A DNA stretch of 64,000 nt from Pristiophorus japonicus (GCF_044704955.1 NC_091989.1:85312001-85376000); one strand, 5' to 3'; counted from the stretch's first letter, positions 50,570 to 63,526 are shown. The notes: generated by a model not told the origin, from the letters alone. Program-made: numbers and translations.

Positions 50570-53500
50570 GTCATTGAATGATGGACAGAAAACAGAGTAA
50601 TTTACAAATGGGACATGTTTGTGTTGACTGGTGGTAACTATTGATGTTTATAATCTATATCGATGAATTAGATGAAGGAACGGAGTGTAATGTTTCCAAG
50701 GGTTGTGACTTTACAAATTTAAGTCAGAACATAACCATTGAGGAGAGTGCAAAGAGGGTGGAAGTGTATATAGACATGTTAACAATGACATGGCAAATGG
50801 AATAAACATTGCGAAGTGTGATATTATCTAATTTAAAAGAAAGAATTGAGATCCATAATATTTTTAAATGATGAGAGACTGGGAAAAGTTAGTATTCCTC
50901 CGGACCCGTATGTCCTTTTAAACGAACCACAGAAAGTTGACATACAGTTACAGCAAGTAAATGGTTTGTTATCCATTATTACAAAATGGCTTGACAATAA
51001 AAGTAAATAAGTCTTTCTACAATTAGATACAGACTGGGTGATACCACATAGGGAGCACTCACTGTAGTTTTTGGATCATTAGCTGAGGAATGTTATATTT
51101 GACTAAGAGGGCGTGCAATGAAGGTTCAATAGACTGATTCCTGGGATGAGGGGGATGCTTTTTTTTAGAAGAAATTGAGTAGACTATGCATATGTTTCCT
51201 AGATATTAGAAAAAAGGTGATCTCAATGAACCAGATACAAATTATGGTATGGCTTGACAGGATAGTTGATGGGTGTTTTTTTTGCCCTGGCTGTAAAATC
51301 TACAACTGGGGGTCACATTCGCAAAATAAATATTCGGCCACTTTGGCCTGATATATGAGGCCAAATTTATTTAATAAAAGGGCACCGACTCCTTGTAATT
51401 CTCTACCCCAGAGGGCTGTGGACGATCAGTCGTTGAGCCTATTCAAGACAGAGATTATAATAGAACCAAGACATGTGGGGCAAGTGCGAGAAGGTGAAGT
51501 CGAGGTAGAATATCAGCCATGATCTTATTGAATGGAGGAGCAGGTTCGACAGACCGGATGGCCTGCTCATGTTCCTATTGCTTAATTTCTTAGGTGTGAT
51601 AACTGCATACTCCATGGGCCAGTAGATATTGAGGAGAGGAAATGGAAAAAAAAATATCGAAGCGAAAATAAGAATTAAGGAGGAACAGTGAAAAAAACAA
51701 AGCACTTTGCGATTTAAGAATATGTTTAATTTATTCCACTGCAACTAGATATAAAATATCCACATTTTCCTCCTCGTCCCCTATTAACACATGGACATAA
51801 TTAATGTTGTGCAATTTAGGTCTAACGTCGATAGTTTGGCATTAAAGGTGAAGGCGGGGCCCCTGAAAGTGTAAGGTGGGGATTTAAAATATACTGACTT
51901 TTTCAGAAATGGAACAATTTAAATATTTAAAAATCCATCCAATCATATGTCTATTACATTTATTATCGCAAAAATATTGAGGAATATTTAAACAAAACAC
52001 TAGGTTACTAAGTTGCTTGGCATCGGATATTTGTTGTGTCTGTAATTATTGCTATCAGGAGATTCTATGTGGTATTATTCTGTTCGAATTGAACGCATAA
52101 CTTGCATTTTATATGGCGTTTAAAATTATCCCAGTGTACTATTGATTGATTTTTGAAATCAGAGAGTGGTTCTAATCGAGTGAACGCGGTAGGGAAGTTG
52201 CACACAGCGAGAACACACAAACAGGAAATGGCACGAATGATAAATATATCTGTTTCACAAAGAAGTAATGTTGAATAGGCCCATGGGACAACTCTATGTT
52301 TTACTTCCAATAGTGTCATGCGTTCTTTATATTTGCCAAAATTACGTCAAAAGACAGGTGGACGTCATTGGTTAATCTTGCTTTTTCCCATACACATTTT
52401 ATGGGCTTTTGCGCTGTAACTTCCAGCCAGCCAACTATTTGAAATGTGCAGCGCCCTCCACAGTGTATCTGGGACCTGTATGAACAGGGAAAGCGATTGT
52501 ATATCCTCAAACCAATCATATTGACGAATCATTAGTGAGCAGTGCAGAGTGCGAACTAGAAAGCGTCACTCAGTATATGAAATTCCATGGGACAGCAATG
52601 GTACGAGGCTGCTTGCTGTCGGAAGCTTCCGACATATTTTTTTTATTACAAAAGTACATGGAGGATCAAACAATTGTGCTCCGAGGCTGAGATAGTCAGC
52701 CCAGTGCAGAGGACCACACATCGCAGGAACATATGGGCATTGTGTGATAACTTGGGCTTGGACCACCAATGAACATGGAGTATTCGTATTGAAAGTAACG
52801 GTGAGTTCTGTGTGTATGGAGCTCCCATTACTATGAATGGCAATACCTCCGAAAAACAGAAACGCAATAAATAAATTTTTAAATATCAGATATTTAAAAT
52901 TACTTGAATTTTAATTAAATTAAATGCTTTCGAAAAATTGTTATTGTTTATTAAAATATGTTTTAATAGTGTTAAATATAAACTTACCTTAATGGACAGG
53001 GATTTTATCAAAACGACAGAAATAACGTTTAATTTTTCTATCTTTAAAAACTCTTATTCTGTTGAAAACAGGCCTTATATCTGCTTTTGTCAGGCATAAG
53101 AGTTTTGCGGACAGTCGCTGGGCAGGAATTATGCAAATAGCCCAAACCTCCATCCGCAAAGGCCCTTCTCCCAGGGATGCCTGTGATCTGTCTCTACCCA
53201 CAGCTCACTGGGTAGAGAATTTCCAATGATTCACAACCCTCTGAGAGAAGAGATTCCTCCTCATCTCCGTTTAACTGATGCTATGTCCATAAAATTAAGG
53301 CACTTTACACAAGTCGGCACAATTGCAACAAGTTAACAAACAATGGTATAATCCTCTTCGACAATTCATGGTTGGCTAGTTATTTCATCGCCTGCAGGTT
53401 TGAAGTCAATTGTGACTGTTTCTACTCAACAAGCTGGGCCATTACTGCAACAGCTTATGTGAACAGCTCTCTTCCCAAATCGAGAAACATGTTGGGAGGT

Positions 53501-53698
53501 AGCGCAAAGTGGGCGATAGACAAACTACAGCCCATTGTACAATCCCGGCGATTTATTTGCCTTTGACTCCAACTAATTCATACCCCACGTTTCCTTAAAC
53601 TGCAAGATAATATGCTACGTCATCGTAACGCATCTATCTGAATAGCTGAATTTCGAAACATCAGTCTCATTGTTCCATGCAGCATTGAGCAGTTTTTG

Positions 53699-53750
53699 AT
53701 GTTGCTGAGAATGTTGGCAATTGCTGTGCTGCTGCGGATTATCTGCATTG
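53699..53750 (+). CDS. Gene B leader exon
   Basis: MLLRMLAIAVLLRIICI, then G|gtatgt; the IIC ending is shared with the gene A leader. Confidence 0.75.
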
Positions 53751-53892
53751 GTATGTATGATTTATGTACTCGAATCACTCCCATAAAAAGTATGTGTAAA
53801 GCAGCATTCATTTCTACAATGTATTTTCTTTCATATTGCTCCATCCTCTGAAGTTGGTAATACGATTAATACAAATCTAATTTTTTTATCAG

Positions 53893-54213
53893 CAACCATT
53901 GATAGTTCGTTCAGTGTGTCCCAGGTCCCCGAAAGGATGATTTCGATCAGAGGTTCGAACGCCAGCTTCATGTGGAACTTTCCCTTATCCCAGGACAACA
54001 CCCCTGCAAACGTACATTGATGGAAAGGGGGTGAGAATCAATACCTTCATATAAAGTCAGATGACAGAAAGCGATTCTCTCTCCAAAGTAAAGGAGCTGG
54101 ATTCTTCCAACTGCTGAATGTGAGATTTCAGGATTCGGGGGTTTATTACTGCACAGTCATCCGTCAGGGAAGAAGAAGTGATAATGGAAGTGGATCATAT
54201 TTAACTGTCAGTG
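53893..54213 (+). pseudogene. Gene B V exon: B-strand Cys codon is TGG (53973) and C-strand Trp codon is TGA (54018)
   Basis: 321 nt, the same length as the gene A V exon; FSVSQVP...NASFMWNFP...NVH*WK...DSGVYYCTV...NGSGSYLTVS. Confidence 0.88.
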
Positions 54214-54929
54214 GTAGGTGTGAACACGGAGAAAAATAGACCATTACTATTGTATATGTATATAAATGCATCGCATATTTGTCACGGTTTATGTATCTGT
54301 CATATACAACCATGTTTAAAGGCGACTAAAGCTGTATGGAACATATTTTCAGGCTTTAACATGTTTCCGCTTGAGCTATTTGACATTCGATGGATGTGGA
54401 TTTTAGTCAACGATTATGGACACACGTAATATAAGCGAGCAGAAGGTTACTTCAAGGGGTTTGTGAAGATTAGGAGTGGAATGAAAAGGTACATTTTGAG
54501 TGAGAAAGCATCTGCTGTCTCTTAAAATCGAGAGTGCTCAGGAATATCCATGCATTCATTTTGATAGAAGGTTTTTTTTTCCAGAAGCATCTATCTGTTC
54601 TTTTGCTTCAGCGAGACCCTCAGCAAATCACGCACATTTCTGCTGCCTCTGAAGAAAAACTAATATCGCAGTGTAATTATTTAATGGTTTCTCATTCGCA
54701 GCAGTTATTCACAACTATTCCATTCGATTGTGTTAAATCTGTAGAGCATGCAATGCACAGCGACCCATTATAAAACGAGAGGGTCCAATCAGTTTTTGAC
54801 ATGGCAACATGAAAAAAAATTCCGATTTTCAATATAGTCCAAGTAAGTCAATTAACACAAAGCAAAATCGTGTTTAAATCGACTAACCTAGTCCGGTAAT
54901 ATTATTTTACTACATTTTCTGCTCTGCAG

Positions 54930-55244
54930 CCTCGCCTACTCCATTAAAAATTTTCTCAATGGATAGTGGAAAAGATTATTCTGCGCTGCGGACACTCGTG
55001 TGTCGAACAGCAGGATTTTATCCAGAGAATCTCACCATCACTTGGTATAAAAATGGTATCGAAACTTCAACTGGAATAAACACCACCAAACGGTGGAATA
55101 GACAGGAGGGGGTGTATGAAGCTTCGAGCTATTTGCAAGAGTTACAACTAGTCCGAAATTTGAGTGTTTATACTTGTCTCGTGTCGCACGTCTCTCTCCG
55201 GACTCCAGCCAAAGCGATCCATAAGGTTATTGCATATTACAGAG
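54930..55244 (+). CDS. Gene B C1-set exon (open frame)
   Basis: ctctgcag|CC...AGAG|gtaaat; LVCRTAGFYPENLTITWYKNG...YTCLVSHVSL. Confidence 0.88.
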
Positions 55245-56068
55245 GTAAATCTGTTAATTTACTTGAAATCTCTGTCTAAAATGATGAGCATATTTTTGAA
55301 GGTCATGAGAAAGATGTCTTTTTGACTAACAGTAAAAATTTCTTGGACATTGCCGAAACTTAATACAACAACACGCATTCGGCTTCTGTGCCTGCAGCTA
55401 GATTCACACTTGGTGCGCCGCATCTTTCCATCTATTTGATATACTAGATCATCAGTTGCTCTCTCGTGACATATACATAGTTTTATTTATATTTCAAACT
55501 GCAGTATCTATGAGGGATATAATTATTGAATCCAAAACCCTACCTGTTAATTTTACAACTCAATTACGTGAAATCACACTTGTCACTGAGAACCATGGAG
55601 AGGATATAATAGTTCAGCATTTGTTAACTTGAGCCATCGATTTCAGATTTAAGCTCTCCGATAGAAAACGAAGCTGAAGAAAAGCATATGCATTGCCAGC
55701 GGATAGTATATTTTATTATTTATTAAGTGACCGCAACATATCTGTCCCAATATTGAAGGAATTTCAATTTTTGCCATAATTTAACTTATCTGCTGAACAC
55801 ACAGTGATACGTTGTCGCATGGCAAAGCATGTTCGAAGAAGGTCACAAACGATTCAATTTAATTTGAACCGCGATGCAATTTTTATCTACTGCATTCTGC
55901 TATTAAAATAAGCGCTTTAATTAACAACATCTATAAAACGCGGTCTTTTGGCTTTTTACTCTGGATAATCAAAAATGAATAAACTTGATCTAATAACTGT
56001 GATTAAGATGTGATTTGAAAGCAGTTTCTGAGCCGTACATTCTCGAATGTAAATGTTTTGTTTTGCAG

Positions 56069-56181
56069 GCACTAATCATATAGCCAACTATTTATTGATT
56101 TCTGGATGCACAGGGACTGCATTGCTATTCCTTTCGGTGATAATCATTGTGTTATGCTGTACAACTCAAAGGATAGCTTAA
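56069..56181 (+). CDS. Gene B transmembrane exon ending in a stop
   Basis: ttttgcag|GC; (G)TNHIANYLLISGCTGTALLFLSVIIIVLCCTTQRIA*; no charged residue in the helix. Confidence 0.75.
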
Positions 56182-56214
56182 AAGATAAAATAAAATGTAA
56201 CGGATTTCGATTGT

Positions 56215-56450
56215 GAAAAAGAAAGACTTACATTTATATTGCGCTTTTCACGGCCACCGGATTTCTCAAAGCATTTCCGGTCGATGAAGTAATTTTGGAG
56301 TATAGTTAATGTTGTAATGTGGGAAACGCGGCAGCCAATTTGTGCACAGTAATCCCGCAAACTGCAATGGGATAATAACCAAGAAATCTTTTTGTTACTT
56401 TGATTGAGGGATAAATATTTGCAAGGACACCGGGGGTAACACCTCGGTTT
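56215..56450 (-). mobile_element. SINE fragment resembling shark Deu-domain SINEs (SacSINE1-type); a related remnant lies at about 43630-43760
   Basis: gacttacatttatattgcgcttttcac...gcagccaatttgtgcacag...gagggataaatatt...caaggacaccggg; family recognised from memory, not by search. Confidence 0.6.
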
Positions 56451-57139
56451 TTGATTCTGTAATATTAAAATGTTCAATTTGGATATCAAAAGGTGAGAAA
56501 AATGTAGAGCATCTTTCGGGCAAAGATGTCTGACTTAGTTCAAACTTAAGAATTTGGCATTGATACTGTTTCCTGCCAACTGTACAGAACATAGCAGAAT
56601 GCTACTGATCACTTTCGATCCCAAACCTGAATTTAATACATATCATTTCCATTTTTTATCTTTTTAATTTATCATAATTAAGTTTTAAATCTTTTCAAAA
56701 CTTTGATTCAGAAATTTTAATCAAAAGTTTAATTTCTGTGGTCTTTCATTCGCCGTGAGATTCAAAAGAACTCCTCCTACTTTGCATCCCTCGAGGCCGA
56801 GAGAAGAATGGATGATATATATGGTTTTAAAAAATTCACCTCTCCACTCTAACCATTGGTTCTGTTTAACTCCGCCGAGTAACTGAACTCTAGATCTGCA
56901 TTTTAATTAGGACTTAATAATAGACAAGGTAGTATATTAAAACATGCTTTTTATGCTAAAAATGTTCCATATGTTTAATTTTCGCATCGAACATCTACAC
57001 TATATGCAAACGTAGAAGTGTAGTTACTTGTCCTATCAAATATTGCTGCCAATAAGATTTATTGTACCTTTTAATACCGAACAAGCCCTATGAGTAAACT
57101 GGAATATCTCAGAATTATAGAATAATATAATAAAGCAGG

Positions 57140-57445
57140 GGATCTTCTCCGAAGCTCTTTTCCAAAAGTGCTGCAAAATTGTCCTTTTCTCGTATATATC
57201 CAATTCTTAATTGAAATTTACTGTTTAATCTGTTCCCACCCCACTTTCAGTTAGTGCATTACAGATCATAATACATTGCTGCTCATTGTCGCGCCACTGG
57301 TTCTTTTGCTGATCATCTTTGATCAGTATTCTCTGGTTATGGATCCTACTACAAGTAGAAAAGGTTTCTCATTATTTACCCTATCAAAATCCTTCATAAA
57401 TTTGGACACCTCTATTAAATAACCCCTTATACTTCTCTGTTCCAA
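57140..57445 (-). mobile_element. Degenerate CR1 3' fragment
   Basis: Similar to 35560-35830. Confidence 0.55.
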
Positions 57446-59959
57446 GTATAGTAATCCTGGCTGTTATTTTTTGGATAACACGACGTTTCTGGTAACAAGC
57501 ATGGATACATTTCATCCATCAAATAGAACAAAAGGCAATATATTAACATTTCCTGTCCTCGCAGCCCCAGTTGCAATCGCAGAACCTTGAGAAGCAATAT
57601 TACAACAATAGAAGTTAGTGCGGCCTTGTGAAAAGTTTGATTATATATATCACGTGAATTCGCCAAGACTGTAGACATTCTATTCATTACGCTTCATGCC
57701 TAACATCACAGATGTTAACCACCGTTTTCTCACTATCCATATTTGATTTTCGATTATAAAAATCATACTCAACAGGAACATAATCAGATCGCTTCCTCTC
57801 TATATAGAAATGCAATTTCGCACAACTTTACAGATTCAAGAAGCAGCGCTCTTTTTGTATCAATCAGGACATGTCTATGTGGTTTGTAAACCAAGAAAGT
57901 GGACTCAGAAAAATGCTTATTCTTTATCACCTGAAAGTAATAGATTCACTTTAAATGCTCAGATTGCACACAGTACAATATATTTCGTTATCTGGCTATT
58001 AAGACCATGGCGTTTGATTCAAAACTTCCAGACATTTATAACGAAAAATAATTCATATAACGTGCAAACGAGAATGTGATACTGAAGACACTATGGTCGA
58101 ATGGTGGAACATAACTTTATACATTTAGAGTGTAAGACCGCTGTGCTGTAGAATCGATTGCATCTTATTATGAAGCTGCATTGTATAATCACAGAGAACA
58201 TTTGTAATAGGCATAAAATTAACTGTAATGCATGCCGTAATTTCTAACACAAATTGAAGCTCGTTAATTGCTTCAGTTGCAATTTACATTTCCCAATTCT
58301 GTTCATTGTGGAAGAAATTGTTTCCAGCCTGACAACATTGGTGTTTATCAGTCTGGTACTATTTTCATTCACAGACAATGCGAGGCTTCGGAGGAGTGGA
58401 ATAGCTGCTGGAATTGTAACACCCACATGGATATGAATAGATAATCGGAAGGTCGTTGAAAATCCGAAGAGCAGCAAGATAAAATAAACGCTACACAATC
58501 AATTAATATTAGAATTGTCGATGGAAAAATACGATTTCACTGGTATAAATATTCCATTTTGTTTATCATAGCGATTTTACGTGTGTGCCGCTCATGTAAT
58601 TTGCTAATTTCCGCTCCTCGTCTGGGTGTCAATGCACTTCAATAATACAAATTGCTAAATCATTAGTTTTTTTTTATTATTTATGTTGATTTACTTCACA
58701 ATAAAAATACGCCTGTCTCTTTAATAGAAAGGTGGTTGCTATTTATTTCTGTCTTGAAACAGTTTAATTGGAATTTGCTAGCAACTATTGTTCTATGTTT
58801 CAAAAATAAAGAGCAGATTAACAATTCAAATTCCACGCACTAAATCGTGTGCCGCTTTGTTAAAGGTAAAATGACATCGTTTAATATCTTATATTATGTG
58901 ACAGAATGAATACCGCAAAATAAAATGAGTATGTATTTCTAAATGTTTTTGCAGTCATCTATGAAGATGATCGTTGGTGATAAATAAATGCATATTTCAT
59001 TTGATCGTGCCCTGTAATATTTTGTTTCAACATGGGACAACTTAACTTGAAATTTCTGTTAACAAATATCAAATCATACAATAAAGTGCAAGTATATATC
59101 ACTATGGAAAGACTCTCCTTTCATAAAGTGTTATCAAAGTGCTTAATTCACAGTAACTCCTTGATTGCAAGCATTATTGTGACACTTTTGATTCCTAAAC
59201 ATAAATCGGCAAATTACAGTTTTACTGCATTTTAAGTATAATTTGGTCTCATAACATTAGGCGATCTGACTTTACTACAATATAAGACAGGTAAATTCCA
59301 TCTCTTTGTAAGCTCAATACGAAATTAAATTTGTATTCCAGCAATAATCAAACTAGTTGCTTTAGATTGATATATTTGGCTGATACACAAATAAACATTT
59401 TCGGTGCAATTGATTAAAGAAGAAGTTTACAGTTGTCCTAAATATAACCGGAAATGTAGGAACCCTCATTAATGCAAGCTCAACAATTTTCTACATAGCC
59501 CTTTTAATTTCCTAGGAAAAATGTCTTGAGACAGAAGTCCAGTAAGATTCAAGAAAATCTGTCGAAACCACACACTAGCATTTTACATTTTGGAATACCT
59601 AACAGATTAATATAACGTTATAACAAGCTAGTACGTTGTGCAGAAGGATTGGTATAGTGTCAATGATTATAAATAACACCGGGTCACTTACATATATTCA
59701 ATGAGATGTAACCCTCATCCAATTTCTGTACAGACACTGAAAAGTACCATTAGGGGAACCATTCATTTTCTGTGAAAGCCGGTTATCTATCTGTCTTTTT
59801 ATTCCAGGAATTCATTTGCCAAACGATTTCCCCATTGAAACCATAATAATAATACATTAACTATTGCCGGTAAGTTATGCAAAGTTTCAAAAATTACACG
59901 TTTCCGGAAATGGATAATGAAAATTATCCTAATATAAACTGTGAATGTAACACTGTAAA

Positions 59960-61740
59960 TTTAAAGAAGAGATACAATTCCTGAAAAATGCATGAGATAA
60001 CTTTCTTGTTCAGTGTATTTCTGATCCAACTGAAGCATCCAGTGCTCTATCTAGTTCTGGGGAATGAAATATGGCAAGTGGAGCATGTTCCACTTGGTGA
60101 CCATTTGGGGAACTGTGATCATTATATCTTCAGGTTTAGAACATATATGGAAAAGGGAAAGGTACAATCAAGTGCAGCAAGTCTGAACATGAGGAGAGCC
60201 AATTTCTGTGATTTGTAAATGGCTGGTCATTGGGATGGCGATGGCCACAAACTTTCATTCCTCCTTGAATTTGGGAAGCGATACAGAAACTTGGAGGATT
60301 GCAATTGTTACACCTCTGTTGAATAAAGGGGAGAGGGATACATTAGTAAACTCGAGGCCAGTCAGCACAACGGCAGTTTTGGGAAAATATTTAGAGACAA
60401 TAATACAGGAAAAAGTTAATTGGCATTTGGAAAATAATGGGGGGAAAAAGTCAGCACGGATTTCTTAAAGGCAAATCAGGTTTGATTTAATTGATCAAAT
60501 TATTTGATCAATAAACGGCGGGGGTCATTATGGTAGTGTGGTTCCTGTTGTGTCCATCGATTTTCAAAGAGCTTTTGATTAATTACCACATAATATATTT
60601 GTTAGGGAAATTACAGCCAAGTAATTAAATGCACATTGGCATCATGGATACAAATTAGGCCAAAGGACAAAGAGCAGACAGTAGAATAGTTGGTTTCCAG
60701 ACTGGAGGAAAGGACACAGTGATGTTCTCCAGGGGTACTTTTAGGACCATTGCTCCACTGATGATTATTAATGACCTACACTTGGGTATTCAACGATGAA
60801 TTTCAATGTTGACAGATGAAACGAAACATACAAACGTGGTAATTAATTAGGGAGATAGTGACATAATACACTGGTGAAATGGGCAGACAATTACAGCAGT
60901 TAAAATTTAAGGCAGAGCAGTGTGAAGTGATGTACTTTGTGAGGAAGAAGTTGAAGACAGAGACTTGAACTAAATGGTACATTTGTAAAGGGTGTGCAGG
61001 AATAGAGAGACCCGGGTTGTATGTTCACGAATCGGTGAATGTGGCAGCACAAGATGAATTTCAAAGGGCGTTTGATAAGGTACCACATAATACATTTGTT
61101 AGCAAAATTATAGCGAGGTAATTAAAGGCACGTGCAACTGTTAAAAAAACATATAGGATCGTTGTCTATGTTACTCGAGTAATAACATTCAAAAGCAAGG
61201 AATTTATGCTAAACCTTTAAAAAACACTGATTAGACCTCAGCTGGAGTATTGTGTTCAGTTCTGCGCACCAAGAATATCAACGCCTTAGAGAGAGTGCAG
61301 GTGAGATTGTCTAACAATTGTCACAAGGATGAGTTGCTTCAATTATTTGTATTGTTTTCCTTGGAACAGCGAGAGTTAACAAGAGTTTTAATGGACGTGC
61401 TCAAAATTATGAACTGCTTCGAATAAGTAAATAAGGATAAATTCTTTGCAGTGGCAGAAGGGTTGGTAACCAACAGATTCGGATTCAAAGCCATTGGCAT
61501 ACGAACCAGAGGTGACATAGGAAGCTTTATGTTAGACAGCGAGTGTTGTGATGCAAATGTACTTTCACAAAGGATGGTGGAAGGAGATTCAATGGACAAT
61601 TAGTAAAATACTGGAAGGTTAAAAAAATAGTCTATGGGAAAAGAGTAGGGGATTGGGACTGACTGGATAGCTCTATCAAAGAACTGGCACAGGTACAATG
61701 TGATGAATGGCCTCCTTCTGTGCAGTATCAATCTATTATT
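59960..61740 (+). mobile_element. Old degenerate CR1 (endonuclease remnant to 3' end, internally deleted)
   Basis: HLGNCDH, WRIAIVTPLLNKG, RPQLEYCVQF-like segment, CR1 3' UTR. Confidence 0.75.
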
Positions 61741-63526
61741 CAAAGATTCTATATTATATTATATATAGTTATGAGCAATATCACATTGCATGTAATCGGC
61801 TCGAAAATAAGTGCTGTCTTTATTATTACACGCACTCATTCCCCATTAATATTGAATGGAAACTCAGACATCTGCATGCAAGGAGATCATGAGGATTGCA
61901 TCACCTCTTGGGGTATTTGTTTTAGAATGTTTTCAAAATAACTGATTAAAGATATCGCCACAATGAGGAGTTTAATTCGTGATCAGAATGTGAAACTACT
62001 ATCTCTGCAAGGAATAGCCATTCACCTCTACAATATTATTTCCCAATCGACTACAATATGAAGAAATCGATACATTTTTAACATTCAGTATATCACATGC
62101 AGTTTCCATCGGATTTTTAAATAGGTCAAATTCAACCAGCACTAGACAAGTTAGGATTCTGGGTCCATTTTAAAGATTAATTAATTCATTTCAAATGAGA
62201 ATATTCTGTTTAAATATATTCTAATGATTCGATTTTCTTTTCCCGTAATTCTAGTGTTAATGGGACATTACACGCCAGATCTCTGTCAAATTCACAATAC
62301 GACTGCATCGGTAATAAAGATCGAGAATCATTCGCTCTTCTTGGAGAATGCATTCGGAACATTCCACGTAGAACCAGGGCCCAAATTTCAATGTCCCTCG
62401 GATAATCGTCACAAACTTTATTTTTAACAGTTGCTGCATACTAACTGTTTGCTTGAAGCTTTTTGACACGTTTGATGCAAAATAACGCGCGACATTTCAA
62501 AATCACACTGATGTAAAAGGAATGCCCGTTGACAAGCTCGTTGCTATTGTTTCACTTCAATATTGAAGACTGGAGATACTTTGACGAGAGGTTGCTGGCA
62601 TTATAAATATTCTTGTACTTTTTCTTATGGTTTCGTGAGCAGTGCAATCTTATTTTATGACAGATTTAGGGCCTGTGACATGACCACAGTATATTTTGTC
62701 GCAGCCAGAGAAATAGGTTCAAATTGCCAGTATTCCCAATAGAGATGAGTAGTGCACCACTGTATCCCGGTAAGGATCAACCACAGTTTACTTGAGCCGA
62801 AGTTCGCTGAAAACAAAAAAGGTACGCCTGGAAGTTGTTCCTTTCTCTACCTCGTTTTTCCACAATTCGAACTAAAGCAATCTCTAGCATTCACTGAAGT
62901 TTGCACTCTGATCGTTACACATTAGAAAACCTGGGGAAATTTGATTTCCAGTGCTAACTAGAGGAAACATAAAGAAAAATAGGGTTATATCAGTAATTTA
63001 GAGCAGAAAGCTTCATTGTTACAGTGATGACATATACCAATCTTGGTTACTAAATTATCCTTTGGTTTGCATGAAACTTTTTAAATGCATTACTCTAAAA
63101 GCAAAATACTGTGGTTTCTGGAAATGTTCGGTTTTCATTTTTAACTACATTCCCTGCTTTTGTCTAGGAGATCAATATAAGATGTTGCACCAGAGAAATA
63201 ATTGAAAGTGAAATCTATTGCATTAAAGAGTCTAGTCTCTTTTCTTCATTTAGTCCAACTTCAAGTACCATGTAATGTGGTCACCCTTTTTCTCCAGGGA
63301 ATCGTTCAGATAAAAATCAGATGTTTTTTTAATTTTGTTCTCTTGGAAAGGACAATTATACGGCGCAATTAACAAATGTGCCTCCTTATTACTGCTATTA
63401 AAACACGGAGTTGACATTCAACGGGGTTCTGTCAGTCACCCGTCGTACGTTTGTTGGGAGAGCAGTGGAAAACCAAAAAAGTGCAATAAAGGACAAACCG
63501 GAAAAAATAAGCATGCTCGGTTGCTG

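Larger units (their letters stand above)
44430..51590 (+). mobile_element. Old CR1 host (ORF1 remnant, endonuclease, RT, 3' end) interrupted by CR1 and RTE insertions
   Basis: ORF1-like CDIWEY...CSKC at 44446; endonuclease about 44850-45500; RT resumes at 47480-48350 and 50570-51590. Confidence 0.65.
53699..56181 (+). pseudogene. Gene B: SIRP-like leader-VJ-C1-TM paralog with a disabled V exon
   Basis: Exons 53699-53750, 53893-54213, 54930-55244 and 56069-56181 with canonical splice sites and matching phase 1; TGA at 54018-54020 in the V exon. Confidence 0.85.

Noticed and set aside
53131-53138. ATGCAAAT octamer upstream of gene B
   Set aside because: About 570 bp from the ATG, inside what looks like a repeat, and the same 8-mer recurs elsewhere in AT-rich DNA (e.g. 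15821, 61551)
58375-58436. Acceptor ttttcattcacag followed by a short frame DNARLRRSGIAAGIVTPTWI*, a possible gene B tail exon
   Set aside because: No upstream donor at the TM exon, no similarity to gene A tail exons, no Tyr motif
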